Source: an uncultured delta proteobacterium (GTDB taxonomy: Bacteria; Desulfobacterota; Binatia; Binatales; Binataceae). From it: a stretch of 64,000 nucleotides of DNA. The notes under the pieces are model-generated. The model saw only the letters and a program-made list of their open reading frames with translations, did no database searches and was not told where the DNA came from. Where the stretch lies: contig CAWCDG010000002.1 in NCBI GenBank assembly GCA_963794325.1, positions 1 through 64,000 of the forward strand, in the 5' to 3' direction. Shown piece by piece: positions 20,741 to 30,629 of the stretch; position 1 is the stretch's first letter; each line of letters begins with the position of its first letter. The position numbers and the translations under genes were made by a program.

Positions 20741-23521
20741 ATGCGTGCGCAAAGGGACATTAATCTTCGGCGGGGGAACGTGACACGGAGATCGTTGCGG
20801 GGTTTGGTGCTGGGTACAGCGGTGCTCGTCGCGATTGCGATTGTCGCTGGCAGCGCGGATATGATCGGCCATGCGGCGGAGACGCCGGGATCCCGCACGG
20901 CACAAGCCCACCCGGCCGTTCATGCACTGGAGCCTGGCTACACCGGGACGTTCCTTTACCGCAACGATAGTTTTCGCACCGGCCAAAACCTGGCGGAAAG
21001 CGTCCTGACTCCCACGAACGTCAACCAATCGCAATTCGGCCTGCTATTCGCCGACAGCATCGACGGGGCAGCCTACGCGGAGCCGCTCTATGTGCCGGGT
21101 GTGTCGATTCCAGGCCAGGGGACGCACAACGTTGTCTATGTGGCGACCGAAAACGACAGCGTCTATGCGTTTGACGCGGACCAGCCCGGACCTCCGCTGT
21201 GGTATACCAGCTTTATCAATCCGGCAGCTGGAATCACCGCAGTGCCGGCGACCGATATCGGAAAGTGCGCGGACATTACGCCGATCATCGGCATCACCGC
21301 CACTCCGGTCATCGACCCCACCGCGGGAACCGCGGGAACATTATACGTCGTGTCGAAGGTCAAGCTCGGCCCGGGCAACTATCAGCAACAGCTCCACGCA
21401 CTGGATATCACGACCGGCTCCGAGCAGCAGCATAGTCCGGTCACGATAGCGGCGAGTGTGCCGGGAAATACGTTGGACAGCGTCAAAGGCGTGATTTCGT
21501 TTAATCCTCTTTTGCAGCAAGACCGTCCGGCGTTGACGCTCGCGAACGGCGTGGTTTACCTGAGCTTCGCGTCGCATTGCGACACCGAGCCGTATCACGG
21601 GTGGATTCTGGGCTACGACCAAACCACACTGGCGCAGGTGGTGGTGTACAACACCTCGCCCAACGGCGTCGAAGCCGGCATCTGGGAATCAGGATGTGGT
21701 CCCGGCATCGATACCAATGGCGACCTCATTGTCATCACCGGAAACGGAACCTTCGACCCTGGCCCGACCCGGAACAATTATGGCGACAGTTTTCTGCGGC
21801 TGACGCCCGGCGGCGGGACGATGTCGGTCGCCAGCTATTTTACCCCGCTCGACGAACAGGTTCTCGCCGATGAAGACTTGGACATGGGTTCGGGAGGTGG
21901 TTTGATGCTACCTGATCAACCCGGTCCGAATCCTCATCTTGTTGTCGGCGCCGGCAAGATCGGCACAATCTATCTTGTGAATCGGGACAGCATGGGCGGA
22001 TTCAACGCCGGCGGAGATCAGAATGTGCAGGAGGTGAGCGGTACGATCCCCGGGATGTTCAGCACCCCCGGGTATTGGCAGGGGATGGTGCCTGGGGTTG
22101 GCCTGCAGAACATGGTTTATACCGTTGCCGAAGACGATCAGCCGAAAATGTTCGTCCTCTCCAACGGACTGCTCCAGACACCGCCGACAACGGCCACGAT
22201 AAACTACACCTTTGGATTCCCCGGTGCGTCGCCGGTCATTTCGGCCAACGGCACCACCGGCGGCATCTTGTGGGCGATCGACGCCGCGAGATGGCAAACG
22301 GGTGGTACTGCGATTCTCTTCGCCTTCGACGCCACCAATATTCAAAGCCCAGCACTGTACGACAGCGACAACTTCGTCGCGGACCATCCCGGACCCGCGG
22401 TGAAGTTCACCGTGCCGACTGTCGCCAACGGCTCGGTCTACGTCGGAACGCAGACCCAGCTGGCGGTGTTCGGTTTGTTCCCCGGTGGCAGCAGGGGTGC
22501 CGCGACTCCGACCGCAACTGCCACTGCGACGTCTGATGCAACCGCGACTGTCACTGCGACATCTGATGCAACCGCGACTGTCACTGCGACGTCTGCTGCA
22601 ACCGCAACTGCCACAGACACCGCCACTGCCACCGCGACATCTGATGCAACCGCAACTGCCACAGGCACCGTCATTGCCACTGCCACCGCCACTGCGACGC
22701 AGACTTTCAGCGTCACGCCCACGCTCACATCCACGCCGACGTCAACCGCGACCGCCACGGCGTCTAATACCCCGACACCCACTGCGACGCCCACTGTGAG
22801 CGCCACTGCGACCACCACGCCCTCGCAGGTTCCCACGACGACCGCCACCGCCACTCCGACCCTTACCGCCACGCCGACCGCGTCTCCGAGTCCGGCCTTC
22901 GCGACGCTAATGGCTAAGCCGACCTCGCTCTCGTTCTCGAGCCAGGTCGTCGGTCATCAAAGCAAGCCGGCAAATGTGAAGCTGACCAACACCGCTGCGG
23001 GTACGGCCGTGACCTTGGGCCCGGCTATAAGCGGCGGCTTCGTTATGACCTCGAGCAATTGCCCGTCGGTGATGCCGCCCAAGTCGTCCTGTACGATCTC
23101 AATCGCGTCGGCCCCAACCGGGAAGGGAAAACAAAGTGGCCAGCTGCAATTGAACAGCAATGCCCGGTTCGGAGTGCGCACGATCAAGCTGAAGGGCAAA
23201 GGCATGGCAGCGAGGATCAGGACCCGGCCAAAATCGCTGAGCTTCGAACCTCTATCGGCTGACGCCGTCAGTTCCTCTCAGAGCATTACGGTGATCAACG
23301 ACAGTCCCGCTCCCATATCCTTCACGACGGCTCCTGCAGCCACTCCGCCGTTCAATGTGACTGCCAACACCTGCAACACAATCGCGGCCAACGGAGGGAC
23401 CTGCACGGTCTCCGTCGAGTTCGCGCCGCACAAACACGGCAGGTACTCGGGCACGCTCGAACTGCACGACACCGCCGGAAACAGTCCGCAACACATAAAG
23501 CTCTTCGGCCGTTCCAAATAG
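20741..23521 (+). CDS. Exported PQQ-like beta-propeller protein with a Thr/Ala linker and two Ig-like (ASH/choice-of-anchor D-like) domains
   Basis: RTGQNLAESVLT, VVYVATENDSVYAFDAD, KFTVPTVANGSVYVGT; TA-rich linker; PTSLSF..C..C repeats; start uncertain. Confidence 0.8.
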   Translation: MRAQRDINLRRGNVTRRSLRGLVLGTAVLVAIAIVAGSADMIGHAAETPGSRTAQAHPAVHALEPGYTGTFLYRNDSFRTGQNLAESVLTPTNVNQSQFGLLFADSIDGAAYAEPLYVPGVSIPGQGTHNVVYVATENDSVYAFDADQPGPPLWYTSFINPAAGITAVPATDIGKCADITPIIGITATPVIDPTAGTAGTLYVVSKVKLGPGNYQQQLHALDITTGSEQQHSPVTIAASVPGNTLDSVKGVISFNPLLQQDRPALTLANGVVYLSFASHCDTEPYHGWILGYDQTTLAQVVVYNTSPNGVEAGIWESGCGPGIDTNGDLIVITGNGTFDPGPTRNNYGDSFLRLTPGGGTMSVASYFTPLDEQVLADEDLDMGSGGGLMLPDQPGPNPHLVVGAGKIGTIYLVNRDSMGGFNAGGDQNVQEVSGTIPGMFSTPGYWQGMVPGVGLQNMVYTVAEDDQPKMFVLSNGLLQTPPTTATINYTFGFPGASPVISANGTTGGILWAIDAARWQTGGTAILFAFDATNIQSPALYDSDNFVADHPGPAVKFTVPTVANGSVYVGTQTQLAVFGLFPGGSRGAATPTATATATSDATATVTATSDATATVTATSAATATATDTATATATSDATATATGTVIATATATATQTFSVTPTLTSTPTSTATATASNTPTPTATPTVSATATTTPSQVPTTTATATPTLTATPTASPSPAFATLMAKPTSLSFSSQVVGHQSKPANVKLTNTAAGTAVTLGPAISGGFVMTSSNCPSVMPPKSSCTISIASAPTGKGKQSGQLQLNSNARFGVRTIKLKGKGMAARIRTRPKSLSFEPLSADAVSSSQSITVINDSPAPISFTTAPAATPPFNVTANTCNTIAANGGTCTVSVEFAPHKHGRYSGTLELHDTAGNSPQHIKLFGRSK
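22500..22890 (+). repeat. Low-complexity Thr/Ala/Pro linker with about 30-bp tandem units
   Basis: Repeated TCTGATGCAACCGCGACTGTCACTGCGAC encoding SDATATVTAT. Confidence 0.85.
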
Positions 23522-23614
23522 ACGGTCGTCGCTCGACAACTCGGGTTGCTGGGAGTTTCGCGATCTGAAACCCTTAGCTGGAACGGCGTGCGCCTCGCGC
23601 GCGCATGATCTGCG

Positions 23615-24949
23615 ATGCAGGCCGCCCAACCAAACAGCCGATTAGAACAGTCGAAGCAAGCCGCCTGGATTCCGAGGCCGCGGCGGTACCTGGCGGCATT
23701 GTTCGCGATGCTGATGTCGGCCACGATTTTCGAAGGCTACGACATCACCATCTTCCACCTCGCGACGCCTGAAATCGCGAAGACCTTTCACCTCGCCGAT
23801 CCCGCCATCGGCCTGATGGCGTCGATTGTGCGGTTCGGCGGGATGCTTTCGTTCTTCGTGGTAATCCTCGCCGATCGATACGGCCGAAAACCAATCATCT
23901 CGGTGACCGTACTCTGCTACACGATTCTCACGTTGTTCACCGCGCTTTCGAGAGGCGTCGGGTCTTTTACGATCTTTCAAAGCCTGGCGCAGATATTCCT
24001 CGCGGCGGAGTTCGGAGTTGCGGTCACGATGATCAGCGAGGAATTTCCCGACGCGCGGCGCGGACGCGCAATCGCGGCGCTGCACATGGTCGCGTTTCTC
24101 GGCGTGACTGCTGCCGCACTGACCTACGCGCTGATGGCGGAATCGAGTTGGGGATGGCGTGGCATGTACCTGCTGGGGCTCGCGCCACTTGTGATGGTCG
24201 CGTTTTTGCGCCGCGGACTGCGTGAGACCGCGCGCTTCACCGCGCTCGAGCGGGCGCGCGCCGCGGCTGGCCAGGAGCGTCCTGCATTCTTTACGTCGAT
24301 TCGAAATTGCCTCACGCCATTGGCGGGACCGTATCGCTCGCGCCTGCTGGTGATGGCCGGGCTGTGGAACTCGATCGGGTTGATCGGCGGCCCGACGGTC
24401 ACCTATTTCAGCCTCTACGCCCGCCGCGATCATCATTGGAAATCCCACCAGGTCGCCGCGGCGATAATTCTCGCCTACGCGTTGGGCACGCTCGGCAGCA
24501 TGCTGAGTGGCTTTCTGATGGACCGGATCGGGCGAAAGTTCACCACCTGCTTCTTCTACCTGATGTCGGGCGCCGCGATGTACATGCTGTTCACCAGCGA
24601 CACTTACGGCGCGATCCTCGTAGGCGAAGTCATCACGATGTTCGCATATCAGGCCGCGCGCACCGCTACGTCTGCGCTGTCGACCGAACTTTTTCCGACC
24701 GCGATACGCGCAACCGGCTACAGCCTATGCGTGCAGGTGATCGGTCAAATCTGTTGGATGCTATCGCCGGTCGTCATCGGGTTGCTCTCCCGCCCGCTCG
24801 GCAGCTTGGGCAACGCCGCTTCGCTTTTCGCTGCCGGCCCACTGGTCGGAGTCGTACTCGTAGTGTGGTTCGTCCCCGAAACGCGCGGCAAGACATTAGA
24901 GGAACTCTCACCCAGCGTCGGTGAGCCGCCCCCAGTCACCACCGAATAG
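23615..24949 (+). CDS. MFS transporter
   Basis: ADRYGRK, EEFP..RRG, DRIGRK, ELFPT.IRATG, PETRGKTLEE. Confidence 0.93.
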   Translation: MQAAQPNSRLEQSKQAAWIPRPRRYLAALFAMLMSATIFEGYDITIFHLATPEIAKTFHLADPAIGLMASIVRFGGMLSFFVVILADRYGRKPIISVTVLCYTILTLFTALSRGVGSFTIFQSLAQIFLAAEFGVAVTMISEEFPDARRGRAIAALHMVAFLGVTAAALTYALMAESSWGWRGMYLLGLAPLVMVAFLRRGLRETARFTALERARAAAGQERPAFFTSIRNCLTPLAGPYRSRLLVMAGLWNSIGLIGGPTVTYFSLYARRDHHWKSHQVAAAIILAYALGTLGSMLSGFLMDRIGRKFTTCFFYLMSGAAMYMLFTSDTYGAILVGEVITMFAYQAARTATSALSTELFPTAIRATGYSLCVQVIGQICWMLSPVVIGLLSRPLGSLGNAASLFAAGPLVGVVLVVWFVPETRGKTLEELSPSVGEPPPVTTE

Positions 24950-25000
24950 ATCACTGATCGTTTTTTTGGCACCCCTTCTCGCACGCAAACCGGTCTCCCC

Positions 25001-25088
25001 CAATCCGGTTCCCCTTCCCGCTCGGGAAGAGGTTACTCCCATCAATCCGGTTCCCCTTCCCGCTCGGGAAGGGGTTAGGGGTTAGGTT
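25001..25088 (+). repeat. Tandem pair of family-1 REP-like elements
   Basis: CAATCCGGTTCCCCTTCCCGCTCGGGAAG at 25001 and 25043; second copy carries the GGGGTTAGGGGTTAGG tail. Confidence 0.88.
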
Positions 25089-25108
25089 CTTCGGCAACGG
25101 CAACCAGC

Positions 25109-25594
25109 CTAAAGTCCGACCCGTTTTCTAATTTCCTTAACGATGGCTTCCGGAGCCATCGAGACATCGACGACGACAGCGTCTTGCGGCTCCTCCAGCG
25201 TATCGAACTGACTCTGAAGAAGCTCCGGATTCATGAAATGTCCGCTGCGATGCCGCAGCCGTTCCGCGATCACTTCTTTCGACCCTTTCAGAAAAACGAC
25301 CTTCACCGATTTCGGATCGATCACGATTTCGTCGCGATAAGATTGCTTAAGCGCCGAACACGCGACAACTCCATCGCGGCATTCCGTCAGCATCGCCTGG
25401 ATCAATTTCCGAATAGCAGCCAGCCACGGCGCACGATCGGCATCATCAAGCGCGATCCCAAGATGCATCTTGCGCTTGGCTGCCTCTGAATGCAGTTCGT
25501 CGCCATCGTGAAACTCCCATCCAAGCGACTGCGCTAGCGCGCGCCCAACCGTCGTCTTCCCCGCCCCCGTAACTCCCATCACGATTACGATCAT
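25109..25594 (-). CDS. gntK: Gluconokinase (GntK/IdnK type)
   Basis: MGVTGAGKTTVG, DGDELH, DRAPWL, ACSALK, GHFM..LLQSQFDTLEEP. Confidence 0.93.
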   Translation of the reverse strand: MIVIVMGVTGAGKTTVGRALAQSLGWEFHDGDELHSEAAKRKMHLGIALDDADRAPWLAAIRKLIQAMLTECRDGVVACSALKQSYRDEIVIDPKSVKVVFLKGSKEVIAERLRHRSGHFMNPELLQSQFDTLEEPQDAVVVDVSMAPEAIVKEIRKRVGL

Positions 25595-25653
25595 GACTAC
25601 TTCCCAGCAAAGATAACCTACACAGCCTCGCGCAACCGTCAAATTCCCATTTT

Positions 25654-25692
25654 GTTCCCCTTCCCTCGAGGGAAGGGGTTAGGGGTTAGGTT
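25654..25692 (+). repeat. Family-1 REP-like element
   Basis: GTTCCCCTTCCC-TCGA-GGGAAGGGGTTAGGGGTTAGGTT. Confidence 0.85.
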
Positions 25693-25764
25693 GACAGTTC
25701 GGATGGCCCGTCTAACATACGGATTGTCAAACGAATCGAAGTAGCCGCTTCGGAGGTATCGTAA

Positions 25765-27003
25765 ATGTCAGGACCAAATCTCAGCGAAAGCGAAATCAAC
25801 GAACCCAACCGCTGGCGACTCGAGACCCCCGGGCATTCCGGATGGAAACGCACCGCGCGCCCCGACGATCCGGAAAAGTACCTGATGGTCTCCGCGGACT
25901 GCCATTGCAACGAGCCGTCGAATCTCTGGGTCGAGCGGATCGATCGCAAATTTCGCGACCGGCTGCCGCGAATCGAAGTCGATGAAAACGGCGTCAAGTG
26001 GGCAATCTCGGAAGGATGGGCGCGCTCGCGTCTTCTCGACAGCCGCCTCGAAGGCGAAGACCATCTGCGCTCCAAGGCCGGCGCCGATCCCGAACAGCGC
26101 CTGAAAGATCAGATTCGCGACGGCGTCGATGCGGAAATTATTTTCCCCAACAAGGGTCTCACGATGTGGGCGACGCCCGACGCTGACTTCGCGCATGCGC
26201 AATGCCGCATCTACAACGATTGGGCGTGGGAGACGTTCGCGAAGTACAACGACCGCATGTCGCCGCTCGCCGCAATCGCAACCGCCGATCTTCCCGGCTC
26301 GATCAAGGAAGTCGAGCGCGTCGCCAAGCTCGGATTTCGTGGGCTGACTCTGCCGTGCAAGCCAATCTTCGGTGCGCACGATGCGCGCCATCCCAACTAC
26401 AATCTGCCGATCTTCGATCCGCTATGGTCGGTGATCCAGGAAGCCGATCTTCCGATCACGTTCCACGTCTCCACCGGGCGCGATCCGCGCGCGGCCCGCA
26501 AAGACGGCGGCGCAGTGATCAACTACGTTTCACACTCGCTGGTCCCAACCATCGAGCCGGTCGCCAATCTGTGCGGATCGGGCGTGCTCGAGCGATTCCC
26601 GGGACTGAAATTCGCGGCCATCGAATCGGGCATCGGATGGGTCGCGTGGGCTCTGGGAGCCATGGACGAGGCCTATCACAAACATCACATGTGGGCGCTG
26701 CCGCGGCTCAAGATGCTGCCGAGCGAGTATTTCCGCGCGCATGGGTACGCGTCGTTCCAGGAAGATCCGGTCGGTCTCGATCTCGCGGTGAAATACAATC
26801 TGACCAACAACTTCCTGTGGGCCAATGACTATCCGCATCACGAGGGAAGCTGGCCGCATTCGGCGCAAGCGATCGAGCGCGAGATGGGCGGTCTCCCCGA
26901 GGACGCACGTGCGAAGATCCTGGGCCTGAATGCGGCGCGCCTGTTCAAGTTCGACGTGGACGCGCTGACGAAATCGCACCGCGCCCGAGTGGCGGCGAAC
27001 TGA
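25765..27003 (+). CDS. Amidohydrolase family 2 protein
   Basis: SADCH, YNDW, ITFH, IESGIGW, WANDYPHHEGSWP, NAARLF. Confidence 0.9.
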   Translation: MSGPNLSESEINEPNRWRLETPGHSGWKRTARPDDPEKYLMVSADCHCNEPSNLWVERIDRKFRDRLPRIEVDENGVKWAISEGWARSRLLDSRLEGEDHLRSKAGADPEQRLKDQIRDGVDAEIIFPNKGLTMWATPDADFAHAQCRIYNDWAWETFAKYNDRMSPLAAIATADLPGSIKEVERVAKLGFRGLTLPCKPIFGAHDARHPNYNLPIFDPLWSVIQEADLPITFHVSTGRDPRAARKDGGAVINYVSHSLVPTIEPVANLCGSGVLERFPGLKFAAIESGIGWVAWALGAMDEAYHKHHMWALPRLKMLPSEYFRAHGYASFQEDPVGLDLAVKYNLTNNFLWANDYPHHEGSWPHSAQAIEREMGGLPEDARAKILGLNAARLFKFDVDALTKSHRARVAAN

Positions 27004-27015
27004 ACCGGCTGTTTG

Positions 27016-27873
27016 ATGGCACCAGAAGTTTCGCATCACTACTCCAACCTCGACGGCGTCCGAATCCACTACGTCATGATGGGGAATGGCGCGCCGGTCG
27101 TGCTGCTCCACGGATGGCCGCAGACCTGGTACGAATGGCGCCGCGTGATGCCGCTGCTGGCGGACAAGTTCTCACTGGTCGCGTTCGATATGCGCGGCCT
27201 CGGCGACTCGACGCGCCCGATTTCCGGCTACGACAAGAAGACCGTCGCCAACGACATCTGGCTAATCATGCACAGCCATTTCGGCCACACGCAGTTCGCT
27301 GTCGTTGGCCACGATTGGGGCGCGCCCGTTGCGTTTCGCCTCGCCGCCGATCATCCCGCCGAAGTGACGCATCTCGCGATGCTCGATGTTCCTGTCCCCG
27401 GCGATCAGCCCGCCGGCTCTCCGATCGGCGGCGGTGCGCGATGGTGGCATCTGTTCCATCAGGTGCCCGATCTTCCGGAAGCGCTGGTGTACGGCCGCGA
27501 AAGGCTCTATCTCGAATTCTTCTACGCGAACGGATGCGACGTAGCCGGCGCGATCGGCCCCGACGATATTACGGAGTACGTGCGCACCTACTCGCAGGTC
27601 GGGGCGATGCGCGCGGGCTTCAATTTCTACCGCGCTCTCCCGAAAGACGTCGCCGACAATCGCGCCACCTTCGCGACAGGATTCAAACTTCCGATGCCGA
27701 CGCTCGGACTCGGCGGCGGCGGACCGCGCGGCCGCGGCGATCTGGTAGTCGAATCTCTCCGCCGCGTCGCCGTTCACGCCACCGGCGGCTCAATCCCCGG
27801 CTGCGGCCATTTCATTCCCGAGGAGAAACCGGTCGAGCTCGCTAACCACCTGCGCGAGTTCCTCGCCACGTAG
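27016..27873 (+). CDS. Alpha/beta hydrolase, epoxide hydrolase/dehalogenase type
   Basis: LLHGWP, GHDWGA (Asp nucleophile), GHFIPEE. Confidence 0.92.
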   Translation: MAPEVSHHYSNLDGVRIHYVMMGNGAPVVLLHGWPQTWYEWRRVMPLLADKFSLVAFDMRGLGDSTRPISGYDKKTVANDIWLIMHSHFGHTQFAVVGHDWGAPVAFRLAADHPAEVTHLAMLDVPVPGDQPAGSPIGGGARWWHLFHQVPDLPEALVYGRERLYLEFFYANGCDVAGAIGPDDITEYVRTYSQVGAMRAGFNFYRALPKDVADNRATFATGFKLPMPTLGLGGGGPRGRGDLVVESLRRVAVHATGGSIPGCGHFIPEEKPVELANHLREFLAT

Positions 27874-27943
27874 ATTCTGCTTTCGTTCGCAACCGCAGTC
27901 TGGTACGCCTCGAACATAATGTAGTCGCATCAGGAGAAATGCC

Positions 27944-29218
27944 GTGGACTTTAGTATTCCCGCAGATGTAACCGCCTACCTGGCCGAGCTCGACGCGTTC
28001 ATCGAGAAAGAAATCAAGCCGCTCGAACGCGAGAACGACAACATCCGCTTTTTCGACCATCGCCGCGAATGGGCGCGCACTGACTTCGAGCGCGACGGCC
28101 TGCCGCGCCACGAATGGGAAGCGCTGCTGGGTGAGATGCGCCGGCGCGCCGACAAGGCCGGCCACTATCGCTACGCGCTGCCCAAAGAATACGGCGGCAA
28201 GGACGGCACCAACCTCGCGATGGCGATCATCCGCGAATACCTGGCGGCCAAGGGTCTCGGCCTGCATAACGATTTGCAAAACGAAAGCTCGATCGTCGGC
28301 AATCTGCCAACGGTGCTGATGTTCCGCGACTTCGGCAACGCTCAGCAGAAAAAAGAATTCATCCCGAAGCTGCTCGACGGCTCGATGCGTATCGCGTTCG
28401 GACTCACCGAGCCCAATCATGGTTCCGACGCGACCTGGATGGAGACCCGCGGCGTTCGCGACGGCGATCACTGGCGAATCACCGGCGCGAAGATGTGGAA
28501 CACCGGCCTGCACGTCGCCACCCACGATTTCGTGTTCGCGCGGACCAGCGGCAAAGACGGTAGCCCGCGCGGCATCACGTGTTTCATCGTCCCGACCAAG
28601 AGCGCGGGCTTCAAGATCGAAGAGTACATGTGGACCTTCAACATGCCGACCGATCATCCGCGCATCTCGCTGACGGATGTCGCGGTGCCGGCCGACGCGA
28701 TTCTCGGCGATCCGGAAAACGGTCTCGCCGTCGCGCAGCTCTTCGTCCACGAGAACCGCGTTCGCCAGGCCGCAAGCTCGCTGGGAGCGGCGCAATATTG
28801 CATCAACGAAAGCGTGAAGTACGCCAAGCAGCGTAAGCCGTTCGGCAAACCGCTCGCGAGCAACCAGGCGATTCAATGGCCGCTGGTCGAGCTGCACACC
28901 GAAGCCGAGATGATCCGCAATCTAATCCACAAGACCGCGTGGCAGATGGATCAAATGTCCAAGCCGGAGGTCGCTCTCAAACTTTCCGACAAGGTCGCGA
29001 TGTGCAATTACCGCGCGAACCGACTGGTCTGCGACGCGGCGGACCGCGCGATGCAGGTGCATGGCGCGATCGGATATTCGCGGCATAAACCGTTCGAGCA
29101 CATTTTCCGGCATCACCGGCGCTATCGCATCACGGAAGGCTCCGAAGAAATCCAGATGCGGCGCGTCGCGCAGTACCTGTTCGGATTTTTCAAGGACCGG
29201 AAGGTGGCGGAGGAGTAG
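27944..29218 (+). CDS. Acyl-CoA dehydrogenase (ACAD10/11, LvaC-like)
   Basis: FGLTEPNHGSDA, AMQVHGAIG, RYRITEGSEEI. Confidence 0.88.
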   Translation: MDFSIPADVTAYLAELDAFIEKEIKPLERENDNIRFFDHRREWARTDFERDGLPRHEWEALLGEMRRRADKAGHYRYALPKEYGGKDGTNLAMAIIREYLAAKGLGLHNDLQNESSIVGNLPTVLMFRDFGNAQQKKEFIPKLLDGSMRIAFGLTEPNHGSDATWMETRGVRDGDHWRITGAKMWNTGLHVATHDFVFARTSGKDGSPRGITCFIVPTKSAGFKIEEYMWTFNMPTDHPRISLTDVAVPADAILGDPENGLAVAQLFVHENRVRQAASSLGAAQYCINESVKYAKQRKPFGKPLASNQAIQWPLVELHTEAEMIRNLIHKTAWQMDQMSKPEVALKLSDKVAMCNYRANRLVCDAADRAMQVHGAIGYSRHKPFEHIFRHHRRYRITEGSEEIQMRRVAQYLFGFFKDRKVAEE

Positions 29219-29241
29219 GGCGCTCCGCCCGCGACATAAAA

Positions 29242-30246
29242 GTGAGCAGCGAAGATTTCGCCGCGCGCCTGCAGTCCGCCATCGCACGCCACGTCGATGC
29301 GCCAGGGACAATCCACGACCTGCAACGACTGACCGGCGGCGCGAACAAAACAACCTGGTCGTTCGACGCTGATGTCGCGAAGACGCGCGAGCAATTCATC
29401 CTGCAACTCGCAAGCCCGCGCGCCAACGATGAGAACAATCCGCTCGCGGGAGTCTCGCCGCATCTGATTGCAGACGAAGACGCGCGCTTGATGATCGCAG
29501 CGGTGAAAGCCGGCGTCCCGGCTCCTCGCGTGCGTGCGATTCTCAAGGATGATGACGGGTTCGGACCCGGCTACGTCACCGAGAGAGTGGCGGGCGAGAC
29601 GCTCGCAACAAAAATCCTGCGCGAGGAACGCTTCGCCAATGCCCGAGCCACGATGGCGAAGCAATGCGGCACGATCCTCGCCGCCATCCATCGCATCCCG
29701 GTCGCCGAAGTTCCCTTTCTCATGAAACTGACGCCGGCGGAGCACATCGCGGCACAGCGCCGAATCATCGAGTTCTACGGCTTTCACTCGCCCGCCCTCG
29801 AGCTGGGTCTCAAATGGGCCGAGCAACATGCTCCCCGCAACACTCGTCATACCGTCGTGCATGGTGACTTCCGCGCGGGCAATTTCATCGTCGGCGAAGA
29901 AGGAATCCGCTGCGTCCTGGATTGGGAGATAGGGCAGAGTGGCGATCCGATGCAGGACCTCGGCTGGGTATGCGTCAAGACGTGGCGATTCGGCGGGAAG
30001 AAACCGGTCGGCGGCTTCGGCACGCGCGAGGATCTCTTCGAGGCGTACGAAAAGGCCAGCGGCCACTCGGTCGATCCCGCGCACGTGCGGTTTTGGGAGG
30101 CATACGGCAGCGTGCGATGGGGAATCGGATGCTTCAGCATGGGCACTCGCGGCACTGAAGAAGTTGGAATCGAGCGATGCGCGATTGGACGCCGGGTCGA
30201 GGAACCGCTGTGGGATTTTCTGAACCTGATCGAAGGCCGCGACTGA
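29242..30246 (+). CDS. APH-family phosphotransferase (LvaA-like)
   Basis: LTGGA..TW, VHGDFRAGN, LDWE, GDPMQDLGW. Confidence 0.9.
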   Translation: MSSEDFAARLQSAIARHVDAPGTIHDLQRLTGGANKTTWSFDADVAKTREQFILQLASPRANDENNPLAGVSPHLIADEDARLMIAAVKAGVPAPRVRAILKDDDGFGPGYVTERVAGETLATKILREERFANARATMAKQCGTILAAIHRIPVAEVPFLMKLTPAEHIAAQRRIIEFYGFHSPALELGLKWAEQHAPRNTRHTVVHGDFRAGNFIVGEEGIRCVLDWEIGQSGDPMQDLGWVCVKTWRFGGKKPVGGFGTREDLFEAYEKASGHSVDPAHVRFWEAYGSVRWGIGCFSMGTRGTEEVGIERCAIGRRVEEPLWDFLNLIEGRD

Positions 30247-30272
30247 CTATTGACTGACTACAGGACTGACTA

Positions 30273-30629
30273 ATGCCACAGAGTACTCCGAAAGCCGCAA
30301 CTCTGCTCGAAGCGGCGGTCAAATATCTGGAAACAGAGCTGATGCCGACGCTCGACGGCTACCATCGCTTCCAGACCCGCGTCACTGTCAACGTGCTGAA
30401 CACAGTGCGTCGCGAGCTGGAACTCCGCGGCGCGCAGGCGCAAGCCGAACACTCGAGACTCATCGCGATGCTCGGTCATGACGGCGACCTCGAGACGCTA
30501 AGCGTCGAGCTTGCGGAAAAGATTCGCGCAGGATCAATCGCGATCGACGATCCCGCGCTGCGCGCCCACGTTCGCCAATCTCTGGCCGACGCGCTCGCGA
30601 TCAACAACCCGAAATGGCTGACCCGCTGA
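30273..30629 (+). CDS. Small helical partner protein (DUF6285/LvaB-like)
   Basis: P.A..LLEA...LE.ELMP.L..RF...N.L...RE and C-terminal LAINNPKW; directly after the APH gene. Confidence 0.75.
   Translation: MPQSTPKAATLLEAAVKYLETELMPTLDGYHRFQTRVTVNVLNTVRRELELRGAQAQAEHSRLIAMLGHDGDLETLSVELAEKIRAGSIAIDDPALRAHVRQSLADALAINNPKWLTR

Noticed and set aside
22438-22872. Val/Ala-rich minus-strand ORF
   Set aside because: Antisense reading of the Thr/Ala linker.
24967-24983. Sigma-54-like TGGCAC..CGCA
   Set aside because: GG-GC spacing is one base too long, and it lies between convergent genes.
25001-25088. Tandem repeats as a CRISPR array
   Set aside because: Only two units, almost no spacer, no cas genes, and the same motif is dispersed elsewhere like a REP.
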